Below, in pieces: positions 28,401-37,078 of a stretch of DNA of 64,000 nt. Position 1 is the first letter of the stretch, and every line of letters begins with the position of its first letter. Source of the stretch: Myxococcales bacterium (GTDB lineage Bacteria; Desulfobacterota; Binatia; HRBIN30); NCBI GenBank assembly GCA_037445065.1, contig JBBILD010000007.1, positions 1 to 64,000 of the forward strand, read 5' to 3'. Below the pieces are notes generated by a model that searched no databases, had not been told where the DNA came from, and saw only the letters and a list, made by a program, of their open reading frames with translations. The position numbers and the translations under genes are program-made.

Positions 28401-30229
28401 CGCACGAGCCAGTGTCGGACGAGCGGATAGAGGCACAAGCCGAGGGCCTCGACCAGCAGCACGAACAACACCAACGCTACCAAGCTCGAGCGAATGCGCT
28501 CCATGCCCACCGGCGCCACGGTTCCGGTTTCCGTGGGGCGTGCGAGCAACAAATCGTTGCGGGTAAGTGGCTTCGAGGGCGGCTGGGTGAGAATCCGATC
28601 GCGGATGGTTTCGGCCGGCAAGCGAGCGGTGTTTTGAAAGACGAGGACCTTGGGATGGTCGTACACGGTGATGGATTCGTCGGCCAGTTCGTCCGGGAAC
28701 TCGATCCCGAACAGGGTCGGGCGCGAAGCGAATTCTTGAATCAGCGTGTAGCCCAGGTCGCCAGCAAACAGTTGGTAGAAATAGTTGGTGGTCAACGGGT
28801 AGCGCTCGGGCGCACGCGTCACGGCCCCGTACAAGCGCTTGGTTTGAAAGACGATGTAGTCCGCGGTGGCGAGTTCCTGCGCGATGCGCTGGATTTTGGC
28901 GGGGCTGTCTGGCTCGTAGTACGGCAAGTCCACGATGCGGTAGCGCTGCGGATCGAAACCCGGGCGCGGGAACGGAAAGCCTTCATCCCAGTGCTGGGTC
29001 AGCACTTTGCTGCCGGGAGGGACGTGGCGGTAGAACCACTCCGAGGCGCTGACCACCGTGTGCGGGCGGGTGAAAATCGAGAGGAAAGCGATCACCGCCA
29101 GGAACGTCCCAGTCGCCACCACTGGCAGTGCCAGCCGCCGCCACCACGCTGGCTGCTGGTACTGCCGCACCGCCCACTCTCCCGCCCACAGGCAAAGCAG
29201 CGGGTAGATCGGCAGCAAGTAGCGCGGGAATTTCACTTCGAACCAACCGCTCACGAGAAAAAAGGGTACGACCCAGGAGAGCAGCACCCAGTCCGCACGT
29301 TGCGCGCTGCGCCAGGCGACCAGCGGCCGGCGTACCGCAGCCCACACCGCAGCGATGCCGAGCGGCGGCGCCATCCCCCACAAAACCAGTTGGGTGAGTT
29401 CGTACAGGTACTTCGGCGTGTGCATGTACTGGGTGGTGTACGGGAAGAGTCCGGCGTTCCGCACCATGCGGCTTTGCTCGAGAATGTCGTGCGCGTACTG
29501 GGAGAAATTGAGAATCGCGTAGGGCTGCCCGGCCACAAAGCCGAGCGCCGCACAAACCGACGCGAGCGCCACCTGGGCCACCACGCGCAGCAACCCTTCG
29601 CCGCCCACCCAGCGCAGCAACCCAGCCACTGCCAGCGGCAGAAACAACGGTGCGGCGCTGAACTTGGTGGCCATCGCCAAACCAATGCACAAGCCGCCAA
29701 GTGCGAAGCGGCGGAAGCCCCCACGTTGCGCGGCACCCACGAGCTGCGCCAAGGCGAGCAACACAAAGAAGGTCAACGGCACATCCACGGCGAGAAAGCG
29801 CGAGTTCTGCACGTGCAAGACGGCCGCTGCGAGCAAGAAGCCAGCAACCCACCCGATCGGCGGCCCGTAGAGCCGATTCCCCAAGCGGATCAACAAGAGG
29901 ACGGTGAGTGTTCCGAACAAGGCCGTGAGGCGCCGCCCGTTGATGATGATCCAGTCGTAACTCGTTGCTTGCGGATACACTGCGGACAACAGCTCTGCCT
30001 GCAAGCGGGTGAGGTAAATCGGCAGAGTGCCGTAAGCGAACCAATCCGGGTCGAGCCGCAGTTTGGCAAACGAAATCCGTTGCACGGCGTAGGCGACGGC
30101 TCGCTCATCGGGATGGAAAAAGTGGCGCTGGTCCCACTCGATGTTGGGAAAGCGAACCGCGGCGGCAAAGAGGACGATGAGCAAGGTCCAAAGCCAGCGG
30201 CGGCCCAGCCATCCTGCCCCGCCGCTCAT
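25442..30229 (-). CDS. Triple fusion: PMT_2-like GT-C + DUF2298 (YYY-type) membrane domain + NHL repeats (about 1595 aa)
   Basis: SD AAGGAG before ATG 30229; FHPDERA and QHWDEGFP...YDHPKV in N-terminal module; GEKPMDFSF, LHYSYFGY, TINEFPFWSFLFADLHAH, RMNTIFKFY, TGLPTVLGW in DUF2298 module; several NHL repeats at C-terminus. Confidence 0.88.
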   Translation of the reverse strand: MSGGAGWLGRRWLWTLLIVLFAAAVRFPNIEWDQRHFFHPDERAVAYAVQRISFAKLRLDPDWFAYGTLPIYLTRLQAELLSAVYPQATSYDWIIINGRRLTALFGTLTVLLLIRLGNRLYGPPIGWVAGFLLAAAVLHVQNSRFLAVDVPLTFFVLLALAQLVGAAQRGGFRRFALGGLCIGLAMATKFSAAPLFLPLAVAGLLRWVGGEGLLRVVAQVALASVCAALGFVAGQPYAILNFSQYAHDILEQSRMVRNAGLFPYTTQYMHTPKYLYELTQLVLWGMAPPLGIAAVWAAVRRPLVAWRSAQRADWVLLSWVVPFFLVSGWFEVKFPRYLLPIYPLLCLWAGEWAVRQYQQPAWWRRLALPVVATGTFLAVIAFLSIFTRPHTVVSASEWFYRHVPPGSKVLTQHWDEGFPFPRPGFDPQRYRIVDLPYYEPDSPAKIQRIAQELATADYIVFQTKRLYGAVTRAPERYPLTTNYFYQLFAGDLGYTLIQEFASRPTLFGIEFPDELADESITVYDHPKVLVFQNTARLPAETIRDRILTQPPSKPLTRNDLLLARPTETGTVAPVGMERIRSSLVALVLFVLLVEALGLCLYPLVRHWLVRPGTLGLSKTIGVLLFGYLAWLLASFRIAPFEIGTLTALLAAFVLGGVLGWRAHGRVPMSWGEVWASEGLFWGAFGFFLAVRAFNPEIYWGEKPMDFSFLNAMYRSTFMPPPEPWFAGSPLHYSYFGYFLVAALGKTLNLDPAVAYNLGIALIAGLTASSVFAAATMMSDRWGVGLLASFLAVLIGNLAGPRELLGPHPRINFDYYWATSRVIRDTINEFPFWSFLFADLHAHVMVMPLSLTFLAFLVRWVRSRLMDPPEALPAANSLVLLLGMALTMGAITVTNTWSTPTYVLLLLYVLGTVWLTESHHRGTLSLVGGFLWRVVAVAIAVLVLSYLLYWPYWATFVAPERNFGWERLGPEKLVQPADFFTIFGVFLFALVPWLWLLWGKLLVSEDGVLSWPRRLAWFALWLLIGAGFAASTRAGMIVLFLLALQLLLSLRIPRTWRLPLALASFALAIPAGTDLVYVWDRMNTIFKFYLESWLLYSLAGAVAAAALWRGENGLRLAWFTPVWRLGFVALCAVGVFTAVTDVIGILRTNRVPTPKPTLDGMAYLRLRSPHEYAAFQWLNRNVRGIPYVLEAHGDSYQEFTRVSMNTGLPTVLGWAYHVYQRAHSWNEINQRKADVQIAYTTDSKDTLQRILDRYRVSLVYVGPLERRTYAGGNLERFLEWRDVLTPIYQNEAVTIFAVNGRFAGSMPVTAIEEVERVEGEVPEPPRIPDAPGVLSQPRGVAVSPQGEVIVCDFGNNRIQVFGPDLAFKRTWGRQGELPGQFKEPCGVAVAANGEIFVADTWNGRVQVFDTAGKYLREFGENLYGPRGIAVDRHGTVFVADTGNNRILRYSAQGQKLAEWGGKGEDPGQFFEPVGIVVDAQDRVFVADNGNGRVQVFRPDGRFLTQFPVRGWESKVFSEPHLTLDGAGNLCLTVPGEKEVRCYDAAGKLLRTIHGDGSAGVVFDTPMGIAFDPARGELVISDLDGRLVRIRHGAKGS

Positions 30230-30307
30230 GCGTCCCTCTCCTTTCCCGACCCGGCAACACCCGCGGCCCGGATGATGACGACCCGCCCGCGCCTGCGCCC
30301 TCTGCAC

Positions 30308-31498
30308 TCAACCAGCATGGGGCCCCCCCGTTCCCGCTGTCGGCGAAGGACCGCACAGGCGATCGAACAACTGCTCGTAATCGCGCAAAGACCGCTCCGT
30401 CGAAAACACCGCCCGCACTTCCTCACGACTCCGCACGTAAAACGGCCGGTTGCGTAGCACCCGCACGACGGCCTCTGCCAGCGCCGCACTGTCACGCACC
30501 GGCACGATTTCTCCCATTTCGGTGCGGCGCACGGCCTCGCGCACACCCGGCAAATCCGTGGCCACAACCGGCGTCCCGCACAGCATCGCCTCGGCCTGCA
30601 CCATGCCGAAGGCTTCGGTCGAGTTGAGGCTGGTGACCACCAGCACGTCGCACAGCCGGTAAAAACTGGGCATCGCCTCGTCGGGCAGCAAATCCAAGAA
30701 GGTCAGCCGTTCCCGGTAGCGCTCAATCATCGGCTGCAGCCTCGCCCAGTATGCTTCCTCACCCACCGTGTCGCGGTACGCGCCGGTAAATGCCACGCGC
30801 ACCTCCGGCACCTGCTCGACGATGCGCGGTAGCGCTTGCAGCAAGTACTCGACCCCCTTTTCCTCCGCGAAGCGCGCCGCGTACCCGATACACGGGGAGC
30901 GCAAGTTCCAGCGCCGTTGCAGTTCCTCGGTCCACTCCGGGTGCTCGGCGGCCAGTTCGACAAAGGGTGTGATGGCGGAGACCTTGGGCAAGAAGCGGCG
31001 CAAGAAGCGGGAGTGCAACGCGTAGTCTTCGCTGCTGGCAACGATATGGGTGGCGAGCCGCGCGGCAGCCTCGTTGAGCGGCACCAGTGCCGCATCCACC
31101 ATGCGGTTGAACAGTCCGCGCGGCAGGCGCAAGTCGCACTGATAGGTGAGCAACGCGGGCTTACCACTGGCGCGCGCCAGCGCCGCGAGCAAGGCGGCCT
31201 CGAACTGCGGCATGTGGATGTTCACCACCTCGTTGCGGGCAATGAAGGCCGCCGCGTACAGGGGGAACCACGGCATAATCACCCCCTTGCTCACTTTGGT
31301 GGCCACCGGCACCCGTACCACTTCGACCCCATCCAGCCACTCGCGCGCTTCGAGGCGCGGGTGGTAGCGCGAGGTGAGCACCGTGACCCGATGGCCGCGC
31401 TCAGCCAACCCGCGCGCCAGGCGATGCGCGTAAATGGTCAGTCCACTCACGTGCGGCCGGTAGTACGTGAGGGCGATCAGGACCTTGCGTGAGCTCAT
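30308..31498 (-). CDS. Glycosyltransferase family 4 (GT-B)
   Basis: Start MSSRKVLIALTYY at 31498 (ATGA overlap); ARFAEEKGV, EAFGMVQAEAM (EX7E), PVVATDLPG. Confidence 0.92.
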   Translation of the reverse strand: MSSRKVLIALTYYRPHVSGLTIYAHRLARGLAERGHRVTVLTSRYHPRLEAREWLDGVEVVRVPVATKVSKGVIMPWFPLYAAAFIARNEVVNIHMPQFEAALLAALARASGKPALLTYQCDLRLPRGLFNRMVDAALVPLNEAAARLATHIVASSEDYALHSRFLRRFLPKVSAITPFVELAAEHPEWTEELQRRWNLRSPCIGYAARFAEEKGVEYLLQALPRIVEQVPEVRVAFTGAYRDTVGEEAYWARLQPMIERYRERLTFLDLLPDEAMPSFYRLCDVLVVTSLNSTEAFGMVQAEAMLCGTPVVATDLPGVREAVRRTEMGEIVPVRDSAALAEAVVRVLRNRPFYVRSREEVRAVFSTERSLRDYEQLFDRLCGPSPTAGTGGPHAG

Positions 31499-33618
31499 TG
31501 CGGAACGGCGTAAACCGTCGTTTGCCCGGAGGAGAAGGCAACCGGCAGGGCGGCGAACTTCTCCAGCGCCTCGCGCCGAAAATCCCGCCGTTCGAGTTCG
31601 CCCACCACGATGTACCGCACGCGATACTTGCGTAGCAGCGCTTCGACCTCCGCCAGCGAAGGGGCAGCATAGATGCGGCTGACTTCTTGCCGGCGTTGTT
31701 CGACGGCAGCCTCGTGGCTGCGCCACAGACCCTCGTGGTTGGCCCAGCCCATCACCGTAGGCAGGCCGGTATTGCTCGAAAAGCGAGCGTAGTACGAGTA
31801 GGGGTTTCCGCTCGCTTCGAGAATCACGGGCAAGCCAGGAACGTTCTTGCGCACCCACTCGATGGCGGCAAAGTCGTCGGGGTGATCGCGGCGCAAGTAC
31901 GCATTGCCATCGAGCGTGGGTGCATGGGCGCGGTGTTGCAGGCGGGTGGCAGTGACGCCGAGCGGGTAACAGCCCGTAACCAGCAGCAGGCCACCCGCGA
32001 GCGCGGGCACTGCGCGGCGCAGTCGCGCCGGCACCCACGCATCCGCCAGGAGCTGGGCTACGCACCAGGGGGTGGCGATGGCAAGCAGGAACCAGGACTG
32101 CAGGTAGAGCTTGAAGACCGTGTTCATCCGATAGAGCCGCTCGCCGTACGGATCTTTGATGTACACCACTTCGCATGCCAGCAGCGCCACACTGGCGGCT
32201 AGGATCAGCAGGACCGGTGCGCGCCGCTCGGCGGATTCTTCCGCGTACGCGACGAACAACGCGGCGAGCGCCAACGCTGCCATGAGCACGAGAACCGCCT
32301 TGCCGGCGAGGAGTCCGATCCCCACCGCCAAGCCGGCGAGCGCCAGACACAGTTGGAAGCGCTGGTCCCAGCCCAGCCGGGTTCCCACTCGGCTCCCCAG
32401 GTAGAGTGTCGGGAAGAGCAACAAGGCTCCGAACACGGTCAAAAACTCGGAGAGAGCGGTGGTAGCGAGCTTCACTCCCACTCCTCCTTGCGGGGCCTGG
32501 AAGTGCCAGTAAAAGGGTAAGAAGAACAAATACCCGAGCAGCACCGCTGCCACAGTCATGAGCACCGTGCGTATCCGCTCCCATGCGAACAGCGGGCGCA
32601 GCGGCAGCTCTTGCTGGAGGAGCAAGAAGGTCACCATCATCCCGACCGGCAACTCCCACGGGCTCACCGCAACCATCGCCCCAAACACCCCACAGAGAAG
32701 CAGAAAGCGGATTAGGTCAGCCATGTTGGCAAAGCCCCGGTTAGCAGGGGTGCGCCAACGGGCTGCATCGAGCAACCAAGCCCACAGGAGCAGAGTGACG
32801 GGCATGACCAAGAAATGCGGATGCAAGTCGCCGTGGATGACGGTGAAGTAGGGAAACTCGTTGATCGTCGCATCGCGCCCGACAATGCGGGTAGAGCGGA
32901 AGTAGTCCATAGGTGCGAGCGCCCCATTTTCGAGCACCTGCAAGAAGCCATCCCAATTGCCGAGCAGGACACCCAGGGCGCCGGTGAGCCACGCCGCCCA
33001 ATGGCGCCGGGTGAGTCTCCAACCGATGGCGCAAAGCAGGGCGAAGATGAGCCCGCCCAAGGTCGCCACGCACAGGTTGTAGGCGATCGGCGAGGCAATG
33101 CTGGCCAGCCGCGCCAGGTTCGCGCACGCGAGGTAGCCGAAGTAGTAGTAGTTGAAGGGCAGCCCCGACATCCATGGATCCTGGGGCGGCATGGTGTCGG
33201 TGCGGATCAGGGTGTTGAAGAACGCGAAGTCCATGTACTTCTCCTGATCCACGATGTGCGGGTGCAAGCTGCGCTGCCAGGCGAAGAACAAAAAGGCTGC
33301 GCCCCACCAGAGCTCCACCCAGAGGAGCGCTTTCCAGCCTCCTGAGCGCAACCACTGTACAAGCTCGTGCCGCTGCACGGCAAAAAGAACGAGGCCGAGC
33401 AACAATGCGCCCAAAGCGGCGCACCACAGCGCTGTGCCGTAGGGAACGCCGAGGTTGCCCAGCAGCCACGCGACATAGGTGAGCAAAAGGATGCCCGTGA
33501 TCTTGGCGAAGGCGTAACCGCGCTCGGGAGCAGCCGCAGAGAACATCCAAAAGGCAAGCGGGAACGCGACCGCCCCGATGCCCTCGATCATCACCCACCA
33601 AAGCAGCAGCTCGCCCAT
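31495..33618 (-). CDS. DUF2298 / Chlor_Arch_YYY family integral membrane protein (putative GT-C)
   Basis: QEKYMDFAF, PPQDPW, FNYYYFGY, TINEFP...GDLHPH, RMNTVFKLY, TGLPTVMGWANHE. Confidence 0.88.
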   Translation of the reverse strand: MGELLLWWVMIEGIGAVAFPLAFWMFSAAAPERGYAFAKITGILLLTYVAWLLGNLGVPYGTALWCAALGALLLGLVLFAVQRHELVQWLRSGGWKALLWVELWWGAAFLFFAWQRSLHPHIVDQEKYMDFAFFNTLIRTDTMPPQDPWMSGLPFNYYYFGYLACANLARLASIASPIAYNLCVATLGGLIFALLCAIGWRLTRRHWAAWLTGALGVLLGNWDGFLQVLENGALAPMDYFRSTRIVGRDATINEFPYFTVIHGDLHPHFLVMPVTLLLWAWLLDAARWRTPANRGFANMADLIRFLLLCGVFGAMVAVSPWELPVGMMVTFLLLQQELPLRPLFAWERIRTVLMTVAAVLLGYLFFLPFYWHFQAPQGGVGVKLATTALSEFLTVFGALLLFPTLYLGSRVGTRLGWDQRFQLCLALAGLAVGIGLLAGKAVLVLMAALALAALFVAYAEESAERRAPVLLILAASVALLACEVVYIKDPYGERLYRMNTVFKLYLQSWFLLAIATPWCVAQLLADAWVPARLRRAVPALAGGLLLVTGCYPLGVTATRLQHRAHAPTLDGNAYLRRDHPDDFAAIEWVRKNVPGLPVILEASGNPYSYYARFSSNTGLPTVMGWANHEGLWRSHEAAVEQRRQEVSRIYAAPSLAEVEALLRKYRVRYIVVGELERRDFRREALEKFAALPVAFSSGQTTVYAVPQ

Positions 33619-33765
33619 GGTCCGCCGAAGTAAGAGGCGCACGCTATCCGCTCAGAGCACGAATTGCAATGTGCCAGCACCCGGCACTCCGTCTCGATGT
33701 TGCCCGCGGACGAGCGGCGCCTGCGGCCGCTCTCCTCGCTCCGGCACACTCGCACCCGCGCCAGC

Positions 33766-33817
33766 TTGACAAGCGCGCCGCCGTTCCCGTAGACAAGCCA
33801 CTCAATCAATTGATTGA
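33766..33817 (+). promoter_or_regulatory. Putative sigma70 promoter with TetR-type palindromic operator
   Basis: Consensus -35 TTGACA at 33766-33771, weak -10 TAGACA at 33790; perfect 16-bp palindrome TCAATCAA/TTGATTGA at 33802-33817, 19 bp before the TetR ATG. Confidence 0.7.
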
Positions 33818-33836
33818 AGATCGGAAGAGGAATCGG

Positions 33837-34490
33837 ATGGGTCGCGCCGCGCCACGGATCGGGGAGGAGAGCGCTTCGACAAAAAGCGCCATCCTGGCCG
33901 CTGCCGAGGAAATCTTCGCCACGTACGGGTACGCTGGGGCATCCACGCGTGCCATTGTGCGCCGGGCGGGGGTGAATATCTCGAGCTTGCACTACCACTG
34001 GTCGTCGAAGGAACGCCTGTATTTTGCCGTCTTCGAAGACATTTACGCGCGGATCACCGAAGTGATCCGCGCCACCTTGCAGAAGTGCGCGGAGCGGCGC
34101 GTCGGCCGCCTGGAAACCATGACCGCGGTGATGGCGGCACTGGTGGACTTTTTCCTCGACCACCCCACGGTTCCGCGCTTGCTCGCCCGCCGCCTTTTGG
34201 AGAACGAAGACGAGCACGCCGACATCGAGCAGCGCATCCTCAAGCCGGCATGGCGCACGTTCTCGCAATGGGTACGTTCCTTTGGCGGCGCCGGGATGAC
34301 CGAGCTGGACGCCAACTTGTTCATGTTCACCGTCGAAGGCGCGGTGCTGCTGTTGCTGCTGGATAGCCCGCACGTCACCGCCCTGCTCGGCGGATCGGCT
34401 CGCTCTCCTCGCTTGCGCAACAAACTCCGGCAGTACTTGGTAGACCTAGTGCCGGTGCTTCTGCAGCGGAGTGCTTCCCACAACCCATGA
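33837..34490 (+). CDS. TetR/AcrR family transcriptional regulator
   Basis: ILAAAEEIFATYGYAGASTRAIVRRAGVNISSLHYHWSSKERLY helix-turn-helix. Confidence 0.93.
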   Translation: MGRAAPRIGEESASTKSAILAAAEEIFATYGYAGASTRAIVRRAGVNISSLHYHWSSKERLYFAVFEDIYARITEVIRATLQKCAERRVGRLETMTAVMAALVDFFLDHPTVPRLLARRLLENEDEHADIEQRILKPAWRTFSQWVRSFGGAGMTELDANLFMFTVEGAVLLLLLDSPHVTALLGGSARSPRLRNKLRQYLVDLVPVLLQRSASHNP

Positions 34491-35509
34491 AGGCGCTCAT
34501 TACCGCCTCCTTCGCGCCCGAAGAGCTCGCCCGCCTGCAGCAAACGATGGAGGTCGAGTACCAGGACTGGCGCGTGCAGCGGCGGATTTACTTCGACGGC
34601 CGCGAGTTCGCCGAGCGCATCCGCCAGGCTGGGGCACAGGTGCTGGTGGTGGAGGCGGATTTGGTGCACGACGAAGTGCTCGAACAAACCGACCTGTACC
34701 TGGTAGCTTGCTGCCGCGGCGACCCGATCAACGTCGCCGCCGCGAAAGCCACCGCGCTTGGCATTCCCGTGCTTTTTACCCCGGCGCGCAACGCGCGTGC
34801 GGTAGCGGAACTCACCGTGGCGTACATGCTCGCCCTAGCGCGCAACCTCTACCCGGTGAACTGGCTGCTCAAGACGGGCCAGCTCCGCTTTACTGGCGCG
34901 CAAGACTACCTGGCGGCGTACGAGCGCTACGGGGGCTTCGAACTGGGAGGCGCCAGCGTAGGCATCGTTGGGTTCGGCGCCATTGGCCGCGCCGTCGCCG
35001 AGATGCTGCGCGGCTTTGGCACGCGCGTGTTGGCCTTCGATCCGTTCGTGCCGGCCGAGGAGATATCGGCGCGCGGTGTGGAGCCTCGCTCACTCGGCGA
35101 TCTCCTGCCCGAAGTTGCCTTTCTGACCGTGCACTGCCCGCTCAATCCGTCCACCACCCATCTCATCGGTCGAGCCGAGATCCAACGCATGCGGCGGGGC
35201 GCTTACCTCCTCAATCTCGCACGCGCGCAGATCGTGGACGAAGACGCGCTCTACGACGCGCTCACCAGCGGCCATCTTGGCGGAGCGGCACTGGATGTGT
35301 TTCGCGACGAGCCCGTGCAGCCAGAAAACCGCTTCGTGCAGTTGCCGAATGTGCTCGTCTCCCCGCACTTGGGCGGAGCGACCCGCGACGTGGTGCGCCA
35401 CCAGAGCCGCATGGTGGTGGACGGCATCGAGCGCTGGCTGGCCGGGCAGAAGCCCCTGCACCTGCTCAATCCCGAGGTGTGGGACAAGCGCAAACCGCCG
35501 CCGGCGTGA
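34487..35509 (+). CDS. D-isomer-specific 2-hydroxyacid dehydrogenase
   Basis: NARAVAE, GIVGFGAIG, LNLAR, ALDVFRDEP, SPHLGGAT; ATGA overlap with TetR. Confidence 0.92.
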   Translation: MKALITASFAPEELARLQQTMEVEYQDWRVQRRIYFDGREFAERIRQAGAQVLVVEADLVHDEVLEQTDLYLVACCRGDPINVAAAKATALGIPVLFTPARNARAVAELTVAYMLALARNLYPVNWLLKTGQLRFTGAQDYLAAYERYGGFELGGASVGIVGFGAIGRAVAEMLRGFGTRVLAFDPFVPAEEISARGVEPRSLGDLLPEVAFLTVHCPLNPSTTHLIGRAEIQRMRRGAYLLNLARAQIVDEDALYDALTSGHLGGAALDVFRDEPVQPENRFVQLPNVLVSPHLGGATRDVVRHQSRMVVDGIERWLAGQKPLHLLNPEVWDKRKPPPA

Positions 35510-35537
35510 ACGGACGTGGAGGTCGAGGAAAGAGCCG

Positions 35538-37034
35538 ATGGACCTGTTCGTGGCCCTCGACGCCGGCACCGGTAGCGGCAAAGCGTTTGTGTTCGACGCC
35601 AGCGGGCGCCAGCTCGCCTATGCGGCTGAGCCCTGGTCGTACACCGTTCGCGACGATCCGGAGCTACCGAGCGTGAAGCACTTCTCCTTCGACCCGCAAG
35701 CGTTCTGGGAGGCACTCTGCCGCTGCGTGCAGCGGGCACTGGAGCAATGCGGCCGCAAGCCCGCCGAGGTGGCGGGTGTAGCGGTCACCAGCCAGCGGGA
35801 AGCTTGCGTCTTTCTCGACCGTTCCGGACAGGAGATCTACGCGGGGCCCAACCTCGACGCGCGCGGCTTTCGCGAGGGCCTGGAAGTCCTCAGCGAACTG
35901 GGCGCCGAGTGCCTGTACGCGATTACTGGTCATTCGGCACCGTTTATTTTCCCCCTTGCTCGCTACCTGTGGCAGCGCAAGCAAGGCGGCCCGCAAGTCG
36001 CGCACCTGCTGATGATGAACGACTGGCTCACCTGGCGGCTCAGCGGGGTGCTGGTGAGCGAACCGTCGAACGCAACCGAATCCATGCTGTTCGACTTCCG
36101 TACCCGGCAGTGGTCGGAGACCATTCTCGAGCGCTTCGCCATTCCGCGCCACATCTTGCCCGAAGTGGTCCCCAGCGGAGCGCGTGTGGGAGCCGTGCAG
36201 CGGGAGGCCGCGCAAAGGAGTGGGCTGCGGGAAGGAACCCCAGTGTTTGCCGGTGGGGCAGACACGCAGTGTGCGCTGCTCGGCGCCGGCTGCATCGAGG
36301 AGGGCGACGTCGGCGTGACCCTCGGCACCACCACGCCGCTTCAGTGGGTTGCAGCGCGCCCGACGCTCGATCCGCAGTCGCAACTGTGGGCCGGCTGCCA
36401 CGTGATGCACAACCGCTGGGTGTTGGAAAGCAACGCCGGGGACACGGGAGACGCCTATGCGTGGCTGGTGCGCTTGCTGGCAGGTAGCGACGGCGAGGAA
36501 GCACGGCGGGCCCTCGACGACGAGGCGGAGCGCTGCTCCAAGAGCGACGTGCTCATGTTTATCGGCCCTGCCATTTTCGACCTCAGCCGCATCGCCCTGC
36601 AACGGCCCGGGGGCATCCTGTTTCCGTTTCCCACTCTGCACGTGCGGCCGAGCGCGGCAGAGCTGATGCGAGGCTTTTACGAGAGCCTCGCCTTTGCCCT
36701 GCGCGCCAACCTCGAGCAGTTGGAACGGGTGTGGCAACGCCCGCCTGCGCGCATCGTCGCCAGTGGCGGCATGGCCCGCAACCGGTTGCTCCTGCGCATC
36801 TTGGCATCGGTGCTGGGGCGGCCCGTCGCGGTGTGCAGGCAGGCACAAAGTGCAGCACTCGGCGTCGCTCTGCTCATGATGAGCGAGGGCAAGGACCAAG
36901 CGCTGCAGTCGCTGGCTCGCATCGTCCCGCAGCACGAGCTGTGGGCGCCGGACGAAGAAGGAACCGGCCGCTACGAGGCTCGCTACCACACCTGGCGCCG
37001 ACTGCACGAGCAGCTCTTCGACATGACGATCTGA
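35538..37034 (+). CDS. FGGY family carbohydrate kinase (LsrK/xylulokinase-like)
   Basis: ALDAGTGSGK, VTSQRE, GGADTQCA, TLGTT, SGGMA; SD GAGGA. Confidence 0.9.
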   Translation: MDLFVALDAGTGSGKAFVFDASGRQLAYAAEPWSYTVRDDPELPSVKHFSFDPQAFWEALCRCVQRALEQCGRKPAEVAGVAVTSQREACVFLDRSGQEIYAGPNLDARGFREGLEVLSELGAECLYAITGHSAPFIFPLARYLWQRKQGGPQVAHLLMMNDWLTWRLSGVLVSEPSNATESMLFDFRTRQWSETILERFAIPRHILPEVVPSGARVGAVQREAAQRSGLREGTPVFAGGADTQCALLGAGCIEEGDVGVTLGTTTPLQWVAARPTLDPQSQLWAGCHVMHNRWVLESNAGDTGDAYAWLVRLLAGSDGEEARRALDDEAERCSKSDVLMFIGPAIFDLSRIALQRPGGILFPFPTLHVRPSAAELMRGFYESLAFALRANLEQLERVWQRPPARIVASGGMARNRLLLRILASVLGRPVAVCRQAQSAALGVALLMMSEGKDQALQSLARIVPQHELWAPDEEGTGRYEARYHTWRRLHEQLFDMTI

Positions 37035-37078
37035 GCCGGCTCTGGCTCGAAGCCCGCAGCTTTCGTAGAAACAGCACA

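Noticed and set aside
28412..30457. Long antisense ORFs (also 8078-9976, 23806-25497, 25151-26914, 42826-44946, 59131-61023)
   Set aside because: They overlap motif-supported genes on the opposite strand and have Arg/Ala/Pro-rich shadow composition typical of high-GC DNA.
30308..32659. 783-aa GT4 and other N-terminally extended ORF calls (38493, 40386, 39910, 35277, 36731)
   Set aside because: The extensions overlap neighbouring real genes; internal starts with SD sequences or ATGA overlaps fit the family N-termini.
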